Below the pieces are notes generated by a model. It saw nothing but the letters and a program-made list of their open reading frames with translations. It ran no database searches and was not told where the DNA came from. The position numbers and the translations under genes were made by a program. From a bacterium (GTDB lineage: Bacteria > Arandabacterota > Arandabacteria > Arandabacterales > JALGWA01), in the NCBI GenBank assembly GCA_050125095.1, contig JASFEA010000001.1, positions 1,389 through 65,388 on the forward strand: a stretch of 64,000 nucleotides of DNA, in the 5' to 3' direction. Position 1 is the stretch's first letter. Each line of letters begins with the position of its first letter. Of this stretch, positions 46,576 through 54,586 are shown in pieces.

Positions 46576-48243
46576 ATGGCACTGCAGCCGGGAGCTGACC
46601 CTTATCCCAAGTCAATGCGTGAGACCATAAAGAAGGTCGAAGCGACCCGTTCTCGCCGGATGTCAGAGGAGTTCGACCGGATTACCGCCGACCAGAAGGC
46701 GGACCTCTTGGAGAAGTACCATCCCGACCATAAAAGGGGCGAAATGGTCGAGATAAAGGTTGGCATTAGCAAGGGCGAGAAGACTCCCAAGGAAGTCGAG
46801 AACATACTGCAGGCATATAGCCGCCTCGACCCCAAGAGCTTCGACCTCAGCCGGGTCGACTTCGATGTCGACGTGCTCGTCATAGGCGGCGGCGGCGCCG
46901 GAGCGTCCGCGGCCCTTATGGCGCATGAGCAGGGCGCCAAGGTTCTGCTCACCACCAAGCTCCGTCTGGGCGATGCCAACACCATGATGGCGCAGGGCGG
47001 TATCCAGGCCGCCGACAAGCCCAATGATCCGCCGTCGAGGCACTATCTGGACGTCATAGGCGGCGGCGGATACTACAATATCCCCGAGCTCGTGAAGGCG
47101 CTCGTACTTGACGCGCCCCGCGTCATAGACTGGCTCCAGGGGCTCGGCACCATGTTCGACAAGACGGCCGACGGTACTTACGTCACGATACACGGCGGCG
47201 GCACGTCGAGAAGAAGGATGCACGCCGCGCGCGACTACAGCGGCGCCGAGATAATGAGAACGCTGAGGGACGAGGTCCTGAACCGGGGAATAGAGGTCGT
47301 CGAGTTCACAGCGGCCATCGAACTCCTGAAGGACGATGAAGGCAAGTGCGCCGGCGCCGTGCTCTATAATATGGAAACAGAAGAGCATTTCGTCTGCCGC
47401 GCCAAGACCACGGTGATAGCCACGGGCGGCGCCGGAAGGCTCCATGTCCAGGGCTTCCCGACTACCAACCATTACGGGGCGACGGCCGACGGGCTCGTTC
47501 TCGCCTATCGCGCGGGCGCTCCGTTCATATTCATGGACGCAATTCAGTACCACCCCACCGGGGCCGCATTTCCGGAGCAGATCCTGGGGCTCCTGGTAAC
47601 CGAGAAAGTGCGCGGCATGGGCGCCCAGCTGGTCAACATCGAAGGGGATCAGTTCATTTATCCCCTGGAGACCAGGGACGTTGTTGCGTCGGGCATCATA
47701 CGCGAGTGCGGCGAGAGGAAGAAGGGCATAAGCACGAACACCGGCATGGTCGGCGTGTGGCTGGACTCGCCCATGATAGACCTGAAGCACGGCCCGGGCT
47801 CGGTGAAGCGCGCGCTTCCCGCCATGGTCCGGCAATACGAGCGCTGCGACATAGACATGACCAAGGACCCGATCCTCGTCTTCCCTACGCAGCACTACCA
47901 GAACGGCGGTGTCCTCATCAACGACAAGGCCGAGGCCGGGTTGGCGAACCTCTTCATCGGTGGCGAGGCGGCCGGCGGCATTCACGGCCGTAACAGGCTG
48001 ATGGGGAACTCGCTGCTGGACATACTCGTATTCGGCAGGCGCGCGGGACTCAACGCTGCGGCGCTTTCCAAGAAGACCAAGATAGGCAAACTCACCCTCA
48101 AGCATGTTGGGGAATATCATAAGGATCTCGAGGCGGCAGGCGTTCCGAAGGAGAAGGTCTCGCCGATGCTGCTGCCCGACTACCGCACGCCTGAGACCAA
48201 GGAGAGGCAGAAAGGCCAGGTGCCGCTGGGCGGGGCTGTCTAG
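46576..48243 (+). CDS. Fumarate reductase/succinate dehydrogenase flavoprotein-family FAD oxidoreductase (FrdA/SdhA/TfrA-like), non-covalent FAD type
   Basis: FAD motif DVLVIGGGGAGASAA, QYHPTG (cf. QFHPTG), and active-site GEAAGGIHGRNRLMGNSLLDILVFGRRAG (cf. HGANRLGGNSLLD). There is no His at the covalent-FAD position (GDANTMMAQGG). There is a 90-aa N-terminal extension. SD AAGGAGGAG. Confidence 0.75.
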   Translation: MALQPGADPYPKSMRETIKKVEATRSRRMSEEFDRITADQKADLLEKYHPDHKRGEMVEIKVGISKGEKTPKEVENILQAYSRLDPKSFDLSRVDFDVDVLVIGGGGAGASAALMAHEQGAKVLLTTKLRLGDANTMMAQGGIQAADKPNDPPSRHYLDVIGGGGYYNIPELVKALVLDAPRVIDWLQGLGTMFDKTADGTYVTIHGGGTSRRRMHAARDYSGAEIMRTLRDEVLNRGIEVVEFTAAIELLKDDEGKCAGAVLYNMETEEHFVCRAKTTVIATGGAGRLHVQGFPTTNHYGATADGLVLAYRAGAPFIFMDAIQYHPTGAAFPEQILGLLVTEKVRGMGAQLVNIEGDQFIYPLETRDVVASGIIRECGERKKGISTNTGMVGVWLDSPMIDLKHGPGSVKRALPAMVRQYERCDIDMTKDPILVFPTQHYQNGGVLINDKAEAGLANLFIGGEAAGGIHGRNRLMGNSLLDILVFGRRAGLNAAALSKKTKIGKLTLKHVGEYHKDLEAAGVPKEKVSPMLLPDYRTPETKERQKGQVPLGGAV

Positions 48244-48261
48244 GCCGGGAAAGCACGGCGC

Positions 48262-48290
48262 TTGACACATGCGGTAGGGAATGCTAGCTT
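48262..48290 (+). promoter_or_regulatory. Promoter candidate TTGACA-N17-TAGCTTCC upstream of the EF-G-like gene
   Basis: Same -35 hexamer and identical -10 octamer as the hdr operon promoter candidate. Lies 70 nt upstream of the TTG start. Confidence 0.35.
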
Positions 48291-48358
48291 CCACGCTGGC
48301 CATCCGAGTTCCACCACACGGAAGCTTATCTTAGGCTATTACGAATGGGGGAAGGGAA

Positions 48359-50446
48359 TTGAAGGAGTATAACACTGCTGACATTCGCAACGTGGTAACG
48401 GTGTCCCATGGAGGTGCAGGCAAGACTTCTCTTGCCGAATCATTGCTATTCGCCGGCAAGGCGACCTCCAGATTCGGCAAGGTCGATGACGGGAGCTCTG
48501 TGCTCGACTACGGCGAGGACGAGGCCGAAAGGAAAATCACCTTAAATCTCGCTGTCGCTCATATCGAGTATAAGAACACAAAGATCAACCTCATCGATAC
48601 GCCCGGCTACGCCGACTTCTACGGCGACACCAAGGCGGGGATCCGCGCGGCGGACGCGGCCCTGGTGCTGGTAAGGGCCGACGCGGGCATCGAAGTCGGC
48701 ACCGACAAGGTATGGGAGTTCACCGGGGAAGTCGGAATTCCCAGGCTCATAGTCATGAATCGCATGGACAAGGAGCACGCCGACTTCGACAAGGTGCTGG
48801 CCCAGCTGCAGGACCATTACGGGACCTCCGTTGCGCCGATGCATATACCGGTGGGCGCCGGTGATGGCTTCAGCGGCGTGGTCGACCTCCTCACAATGAA
48901 GTACTACAAGTACGAGCGCGGCAAGCCCGGAGCCGGGCTCATGCAGGACATCCCCGGCGACCTCAGCGACCGGGCGAAGTCCATGAGGGAGAAGCTCATA
49001 GAGAGCATAGCCGAGTCCAGCGACGAACTCCTTGAAGCTTATCTCGAAGGCAAGGACATACAGCAGGACGCCCTGGTCGGCGCGCTTCAGGCCGGCTTCA
49101 AGATGGGCAAGATCGTCCCCGTATTCTGTTCGGCGGCCGTTCACGGCATAGGCGCCCAGCAGATACTGGATGCCATTGCCGGCTTCTTTCCGTCGCCCCT
49201 GGATGCCGGCGAGTTCAAATGCACCAAGCCGGGATCCACTGAGGAGATTACGAGGAAGATCTCGGTCGACGACCCCTTCGCTGCGCTGGTCTTCAAGACC
49301 ATATCCGAGCCCCACCTGGGAGACATGTCCATATTCAAGGTATATAGCGGCGCCTTCAAGGAGGGCACCGAGGTCCAGAACTCGGTCAAGGGCTCTTCCG
49401 AGAAGGTCACCCAGCTCTACAGCCTGATGGGCAAGGAGAGGAGAGAGGTGAACAAGGTGGTGGCGGGCGACATCGGCGCCACGGTGAAGCTGAGGGACAC
49501 CTCGACCAACGATACGCTCTGCCAGAAGGGCAATCAGGTCATCATAGACCCCATCAAGTTCCCCAGGCCCGTCGTCAGGGAGGCGCTCTTCCCCAAGAAC
49601 AAGGGTGAAGAGGACAAGGTGTCGAGCGGAATGGCCAGGCTGCTCCAGGAGGACCCGACATTTACCATGGTCGTGGACCCCGAGATCAAGCAGACCATCG
49701 TCTCGGGCCTCGGCGAGCTCCACCTCGCGGTAATACTCGAAAGGCTCAAGAAGCGCTCGGGCGTTGAAGTATTACTCGAGAAGCCGCGGATTCCCTACAG
49801 GGAGACCATCAAGGGCAAAGCCGAGAAGCAGGGGAAGTACAAGAAACAAACCGGAGGCCGCGGGCAGTACGGCGACGTCTGGCTTCGCATAGAGCCCATG
49901 CCCAGGGGAGAGGGCTTCGAGTTCGCCGACGAGATTGTGGGCGGGGCGGTTCCCTCCAAATTCGTGCCGGCCGTGGAGAAGGGCGTCAAGGAGACCATGG
50001 AGAAGGGCGCCTACGCCGGATACAACGTCGTAGACGTCAAGGCCATAATATATGACGGGTCGTTCCACCCGGTAGACTCATCCGATATGGCTTTCAAGGT
50101 GGCTGCTTCCATGGCTTTCAAGAAGGCGTTTCTCGAAGCCAAGCCGATTCTCTTAGAGCCCATCATGAACATCACGGTCACGGTGCCCGAGGAGAACCTG
50201 GGCGACGTCATGGGCGACGTATCGAGCCGCAGGGGCAAGATCCAGGGTGTCGAAGGCAAAGGCAACCTCCAGGTCGTGAGGGCGTCGGTGCCGCTTGCGG
50301 AGCTCTACAAGTACTCCACCCAGCTCCGGTCGATGACTCAGGGCAGGGGCATGTACGAGAACGAGTTCTCTCATTATGAAGAGGTGCCCCACGAGATCGC
50401 CCAGAAGATAGCCGAAGAGCACCAGACCCAGGCGGCCGAGAAATAG
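48359..50446 (+). CDS. Elongation factor G paralog (EF-G-like translational GTPase) with His to Tyr substitution in the G3 motif
   Basis: Five-domain EF-G architecture (695 aa). G1 SHGGAGKTS, G2 RKITL and G4 NRMD are present, but G3 reads DTPGYADF (DNA acg ccc ggc tac gcc gac) instead of DTPGHVDF. TTG start preceded by GGGGGAAGGG. Confidence 0.75.
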   Translation: MKEYNTADIRNVVTVSHGGAGKTSLAESLLFAGKATSRFGKVDDGSSVLDYGEDEAERKITLNLAVAHIEYKNTKINLIDTPGYADFYGDTKAGIRAADAALVLVRADAGIEVGTDKVWEFTGEVGIPRLIVMNRMDKEHADFDKVLAQLQDHYGTSVAPMHIPVGAGDGFSGVVDLLTMKYYKYERGKPGAGLMQDIPGDLSDRAKSMREKLIESIAESSDELLEAYLEGKDIQQDALVGALQAGFKMGKIVPVFCSAAVHGIGAQQILDAIAGFFPSPLDAGEFKCTKPGSTEEITRKISVDDPFAALVFKTISEPHLGDMSIFKVYSGAFKEGTEVQNSVKGSSEKVTQLYSLMGKERREVNKVVAGDIGATVKLRDTSTNDTLCQKGNQVIIDPIKFPRPVVREALFPKNKGEEDKVSSGMARLLQEDPTFTMVVDPEIKQTIVSGLGELHLAVILERLKKRSGVEVLLEKPRIPYRETIKGKAEKQGKYKKQTGGRGQYGDVWLRIEPMPRGEGFEFADEIVGGAVPSKFVPAVEKGVKETMEKGAYAGYNVVDVKAIIYDGSFHPVDSSDMAFKVAASMAFKKAFLEAKPILLEPIMNITVTVPEENLGDVMGDVSSRRGKIQGVEGKGNLQVVRASVPLAELYKYSTQLRSMTQGRGMYENEFSHYEEVPHEIAQKIAEEHQTQAAEK

Positions 50447-50448
50447 CC

Positions 50449-50497
50449 GGGGTCAGGTCTGGGGTCAGGTCTGGGGTCAGGTCTTGAAATGCACAGG
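50449..50497 (+). repeat. 3 x 12-bp tandem GGGGTCAGGTCT followed by TGAAATGCACA; this is the third copy of the dispersed element at 14868-14920
   Basis: Begins 2 nt after the EF-G-like stop codon. The last unit plus its tail (GGGGTCAGGTCTTGAAATGCACA) matches the minus-strand copies at 14.9 kb with one position shifted. Confidence 0.7.
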
Positions 50498-50577
50498 CCC
50501 CGGATGCACAGCCAAACATATGCCCCTTCCGGGCTCGGAGCCCGGGAGGGGTAGTTTTATCAGCCGAAGGACTCCAC

Positions 50578-51516
50578 ATGCCGTCTGAAGCGCAGCCGCT
50601 CGGGATATCGACGGCCTGGAACGCCGCCAGCCTCAGGGACGGCGAGAAGGTAATCGGCGAGATCCTGCGGGTCGGCTTCCGCTCGATTGAAGTTGACTAT
50701 CGACTGAGCGAAAACGCCGTTCCGCTTCTCAAGCAATACATCCGCGAGGGCAGGCTGACAGTCTCGAGCGTACACAATTTCGCCCCCCTGCCCAGGGGAG
50801 AGGACCCGAAGAATACGGGAGGCGACAAGCTGTCGCTGGCCTCCACGGATGAGGCGGAGAGGCAGGATGCCGTGGCCCTCACGAGGACGACCATAGACCT
50901 CGCAAGAGACCTCGGCGCACGGGCCGTAGTGCTTCACATAGGCCATGTCGAGGTAGGCATACGTTACTTCCAGGAGATCTCGGACATCTGCCGGGTAGAG
51001 GGCGTCAACTCAAAAAAGGCCATGCAGATGAGGGACATGGTGAGGAAGATGCGCAAAGACCTGCGGCCGCCCCACATGGACAGTGTGACGAGGAGCCTCA
51101 AGGAGCTCGTCGCTTATGTCGGCGAGGATGATTTGACGCTCTGTATCGAGAACCGGTATTTTTTCCACCAGATACCGCTCCCGGTCGAGGTTCTCTTTCT
51201 CATTGACGAGATATCCTCCGACCGGCTCAAGTACTGGCACGACATCGGCCACGCGCATGTGCTCGAGGTGCAGGGCTGGCTCCCGCATCTGCCCGCTCTG
51301 GACACTCTGAAGCAGCATCTCTTCGGAGTGCACATTCACGACTCGGTCTTCACCGGAGACCACATAGCGCCCGGCACGGGCGAGATCGACTTCGAGCCGA
51401 TATTCCGCCGGGTGCCCCCCGGGGCCATAAAGGTGATGGAGCTCTCCCCCAAGGTGAGTGAAGATGAGGTATTGAATTCAATAGACTTCCTCTCGAAGTT
51501 CGGCCTGAAGCCCTAG
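50578..51516 (+). CDS. Sugar phosphate isomerase/epimerase (xylose-isomerase-like TIM barrel)
   Basis: AP-endonuclease-2/xylose-isomerase-like TIM-barrel pattern: GFRSIEVDY, VVLHIGH, metal-binding E/D/H spacing (IENRYF...WHDIGHAHV...HIHD). Confidence 0.6.
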   Translation: MPSEAQPLGISTAWNAASLRDGEKVIGEILRVGFRSIEVDYRLSENAVPLLKQYIREGRLTVSSVHNFAPLPRGEDPKNTGGDKLSLASTDEAERQDAVALTRTTIDLARDLGARAVVLHIGHVEVGIRYFQEISDICRVEGVNSKKAMQMRDMVRKMRKDLRPPHMDSVTRSLKELVAYVGEDDLTLCIENRYFFHQIPLPVEVLFLIDEISSDRLKYWHDIGHAHVLEVQGWLPHLPALDTLKQHLFGVHIHDSVFTGDHIAPGTGEIDFEPIFRRVPPGAIKVMELSPKVSEDEVLNSIDFLSKFGLKP

Positions 51517-51898
51517 GTGCGGATCCCGCCCGGTGAGCCCAAAAACCGCGAGCGGTTCCGGCTTCGGCTTGAATCTCAAGAACCCCTGGACATGAGCGTG
51601 GGGCGTTTGCCGCTCGACGGCGCGATTAGCAGTACGAGGGTTACGGCCGGGACCGGCAGCGCCGAGACCTGGCCGCGCGCCGCTTGCTATTTCAGTGAGG
51701 CGGCACAAAAAAAAGCTTGAAAGAGCGGCCCGACTATACTAAATTCTTTCGCTGTATGCCGTCTGCCGTTGGTGCCGCCAGGAAGTGGACGGCGTTCCGG
51801 CGGATTGTGTACGGGCCCCGCCGTTAATGCCCATGGAGACAAGAAGCGTCCAGGGGTGTGACCGCGGCGGCAGTAAGACAGGAACAGAGGAATGTGCT

Positions 51899-52165
51899 GT
51901 GTTGAGCTATGAGAAGATCAGCGAGATTCTCAAGGCAATAGCGCATCCTACACGTATGGAGATAATCGTCCGGCTCAGGGAGGACGGCTGCAATGTCTCG
52001 GAGATACAGAAAAATCTCGGGCTGCCGCAGTCGACAATATCCCAGCATCTCAGAATACTGAAGAACGCTGGTGTTCTCTCGAGCCGAAGGGAAGGGACGA
52101 AGGTCTGCTACAACGTGGAGATGAAAGAAATCATCAGCATGATAGAAGCACTTGGGAGAGACTGA
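51899..52165 (+). CDS. ArsR/SmtB-family transcriptional regulator (candidate thiol/persulfide-responsive repressor)
   Basis: wHTH: LKAIAHPTRMEIIVRL...CNVSEIQKNLGLPQSTISQHLRILKNAGVLSSRREG. Cys in alpha-3 (DGCNVSE, position equivalent to BigR/SqrR Cys) and a second Cys in the wing (KVCY). The GTG/TTG start at 51899/51902 was chosen. The track ORF from 51785 is far longer than ArsR proteins. Confidence 0.7.
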   Translation: MLSYEKISEILKAIAHPTRMEIIVRLREDGCNVSEIQKNLGLPQSTISQHLRILKNAGVLSSRREGTKVCYNVEMKEIISMIEALGRD

Positions 52166-52174
52166 TTTTTTTTG

Positions 52175-52224
52175 CCCATTTCCACCGTATTATCCTAATA
52201 GACAGATTAGCCGGTGGAAGTGGT
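52175..52224 (+). promoter_or_regulatory. Imperfect 12-bp inverted repeat (CCATTTCCACCG...CGGTGGAAGTGG) enclosing TATTAT and a nested CTAAT/ATTAG palindrome: candidate ArsR operator and tusA-yeeE promoter
   Basis: Arms match 11/12 and are separated by 24 nt. Located between the arsR stop (52165) and the tusA start (52347). A -10-like TATTAT sits at 52188-52193. Confidence 0.4.
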
Positions 52225-52346
52225 GCGCGATGCGGGAGCGTCAAGCAAGCGCAGTTATGCAGCCGGATGATTCCGGCAGTATAAGGAGAAGTAAGGGAAG
52301 TGGTTTGAAACCGCCTGGTCAGATTGCCAGAAAGGGGAGGTAACAG

Positions 52347-52580
52347 ATGGACGTCAATGTTGACAAGACACTGGACTGCAAGGGCCTTTCCTGTCCCATG
52401 CCGATTCTGAAGCTCGCCAAAGAGATCAAGACGATGGAGAGCTCACAGGTCCTCGAGCTCCTTGGCACCGATCCCGGGTCCAAGGCCGATGTTCCCGGTT
52501 GGTGTGAGAAGACCGGAAACGAGTTCCTCGGTATGGAGGAAGAAGAGGGCGTCTACAAGTTCTATATCCGGAAGTCGTGA
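52347..52580 (+). CDS. tusA: TusA-family sulfur carrier protein
   Basis: 77 aa. LDCKGLSCPMPILKLAKEI contains the CPxP persulfide-carrying motif. Confidence 0.85.
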   Translation: MDVNVDKTLDCKGLSCPMPILKLAKEIKTMESSQVLELLGTDPGSKADVPGWCEKTGNEFLGMEEEEGVYKFYIRKS

Positions 52581-52639
52581 TTCGGGAAGACCTGCCGTCA
52601 CGGCAGGATAGGGCTCTGTCCACTTCGAGAAGGAGCTGA

Positions 52640-53854
52640 TTGATGGGAAACGATGAAAAGGGAGCCTGGCGCCAGCTGTGGAACACGTTCTTCGGCAAGA
52701 CATGGCCGATGTGGGCCGCAGGCATTTTGCTCGCTTTGCTCAACGTCTGTCTGTTCCTGGTTAAATCTCCATGGGGTGGAAGCGGGACGTACATTAACTG
52801 GGGGGAGAACATCTACAGCGGACTCAAGTTGTTTGGCCTCTCCGGCATCAAGCCGGTTCTCTCGCATACCTATGGCCTGCTGGGGTTGTTGACCCTGCTC
52901 GGGGCTTTTGCGGGGGCGCTGTTGGGGCGCGAGTTCGCGCTCAGGATCCCGCCGCCCGGAGAGATGTTTAAAGGGCTCCTGGGCGGCATCCTCATGGCGC
53001 TCGGTGCGACCCTGGGAATCGGCTGCACGATAGGCGGCTTCTTAAGCGGATGGGCAGCCCTCTCGGGCGGCGCCATCATCCTCGCGGTAGGATTCGTAAT
53101 AGGCACCTATATCGCCCTGCGTTATCTGCTCTGGGAGATGGAAAACCTCCCCAGGATGAGTACGGGCAAGAGCTACACCTGGCTGGCGGCTAAGGCAGGC
53201 GGCGGCGTCTGGCAACCCATACTGGGGGTTATGCTGACGGTCTTCCTTCTCGTCCTGTTCGGCCGGCGTTTCCAGAACGACAACGTACTGGCGATGTTCG
53301 CGATTATCGGCCTGGTGATCGGAATCATCCTCCAGCGTTCCCGTTTCTGCATTGTGAGGGCGTTCAGGGAGCCTTTCATGACGGGTGAATCCGAAGCCCC
53401 TCTGGGCGTCATGGTGGCGCTGGCTGTCGGGATATTCGGTTTTACCGTGATCAAATACATGGGCGTGGGCACTTCGACCCCGGGGGCGGCAAGGGTTCTC
53501 GCCATGACCTGGGTGTATCCCCACTTCTGGCTGAGGGCTCTGATCGGCGGAACCATCTTCGGCCTCGGGATGACAGTGGCCGGGGGATGCGCCATCGGCA
53601 CCATATGGAGGGCCGGCGAGGGACAGGTCAAGCTCTGGTTCTCGGCGCTCGGATTCATGCTGTTCGCCCCGATATCGAAGAAGTTCATCGTTCCGGGATT
53701 CGCCCACATTCTCCCTGAGTGGGCCCAGCAGAAAGTGTTCCTTCCTGATTGGTTCGGGTACTGGGGGGCGATGCTTTTATTCTTCGTCCTGATAGTGCTC
53801 TGGTACGTGTTCGTAAAGTGGAATGAGCGGACCGGCAGGTTTTCGGCTGTATAA
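52640..53854 (+). CDS. YeeE/YedE-family inner-membrane transporter (thiosulfate uptake, TsuA-like)
   Basis: Two YeeE/YedE repeats of about 9 TMs, with conserved Cys-containing loops LGIGCTIGGF and AGGCAIGTIWRAGEG. Directly downstream of tusA, the canonical tsuA-tsuB/yeeE-yeeD pairing. Confidence 0.8.
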   Translation: MMGNDEKGAWRQLWNTFFGKTWPMWAAGILLALLNVCLFLVKSPWGGSGTYINWGENIYSGLKLFGLSGIKPVLSHTYGLLGLLTLLGAFAGALLGREFALRIPPPGEMFKGLLGGILMALGATLGIGCTIGGFLSGWAALSGGAIILAVGFVIGTYIALRYLLWEMENLPRMSTGKSYTWLAAKAGGGVWQPILGVMLTVFLLVLFGRRFQNDNVLAMFAIIGLVIGIILQRSRFCIVRAFREPFMTGESEAPLGVMVALAVGIFGFTVIKYMGVGTSTPGAARVLAMTWVYPHFWLRALIGGTIFGLGMTVAGGCAIGTIWRAGEGQVKLWFSALGFMLFAPISKKFIVPGFAHILPEWAQQKVFLPDWFGYWGAMLLFFVLIVLWYVFVKWNERTGRFSAV

Positions 53855-53860
53855 GATGAG

Positions 53861-54382
53861 GTGAGAATGATGAGAATATTCGCACTCATATCGCTGCTTG
53901 CTCTTGTTGTGGCGCTTGCCGGCTGCGGGGGCGCGGGGACCGAAGGGAGAGGGCCCGCTGCATGCTCGGACGCCAAGGAAATGGTCGCCCATGCGAGGGC
54001 GGGAGTGGACGAGATACTGATCGACGAGTTCAATGCCCTGCTGGATAGCGATGAGTACTTCACCATTATCGACGTTCGCGAGCCGGACGAGTACGATGAA
54101 GGGTGCATCCCCGGCGCAATCAACATCCCGCGCGGCATATTGGAGTTCAAGATCGCCGACGAGAAGTACTGGGACAGCGAAGGCCTGTTCGTGCCCGAGA
54201 AGGACGAAGTCTTAATCGTCTACGGCCACAAGGTAGACCGCGGCGTGCTCGCGGCTGAGTCGCTGGTAAGGCTCGGTTACGGCAATGTCAGGCATCTCTA
54301 CGGGGGATGGGTCGTGTGGACCGAGGGTCCGGAGGCTGTGGAAGTAGAGGAAGTGGTTGAAGAGGGCGGTTGCGGAGGCTAG
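53861..54382 (+). CDS. Rhodanese-homology-domain lipoprotein lacking the catalytic Cys (predicted inactive)
   Basis: Lipobox LAGCGG. Single rhodanese fold (IDVREPDEYDEGCIPGAINIP...LIVYGHKVDRG...LYGGWVVW). The active-site loop has Gly where Cys is expected (DNA tac ggc cac). Ends with EEGGCGG. Confidence 0.7.
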   Translation: MRMMRIFALISLLALVVALAGCGGAGTEGRGPAACSDAKEMVAHARAGVDEILIDEFNALLDSDEYFTIIDVREPDEYDEGCIPGAINIPRGILEFKIADEKYWDSEGLFVPEKDEVLIVYGHKVDRGVLAAESLVRLGYGNVRHLYGGWVVWTEGPEAVEVEEVVEEGGCGG

Positions 54383-54586
54383 CCGGCCGACCCGCGGCAG
54401 CCGGGCAGACAGCAGAACGTGAAATAAAGCATGAATGGATGTAGTAGGTGTCGAGATAGAGCGTTGGCCTGCGGAATGGAATTAAAAAGGGGGTATCGTG
54501 GCCGGTTCCCAAGGGGACCGATTCCGCTCTGCAGCAGATTCAAGGATGGGTTAATCGGCAGTGGACCGCTTAATAGGAGGACAACA

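Noticed and set aside
51517-51720. 67-aa ORF in the 380-nt gap upstream of arsR
   Set aside because: No RBS and no homology. It is likely a noncoding leader or promoter region. An A8 run and small hairpins are present, but there is no convincing terminator or riboswitch.
52152-52343. 63-aa ORF between arsR and tusA
   Set aside because: No SD and implausible composition. The interval is better explained as the operator and promoter region with an inverted repeat.
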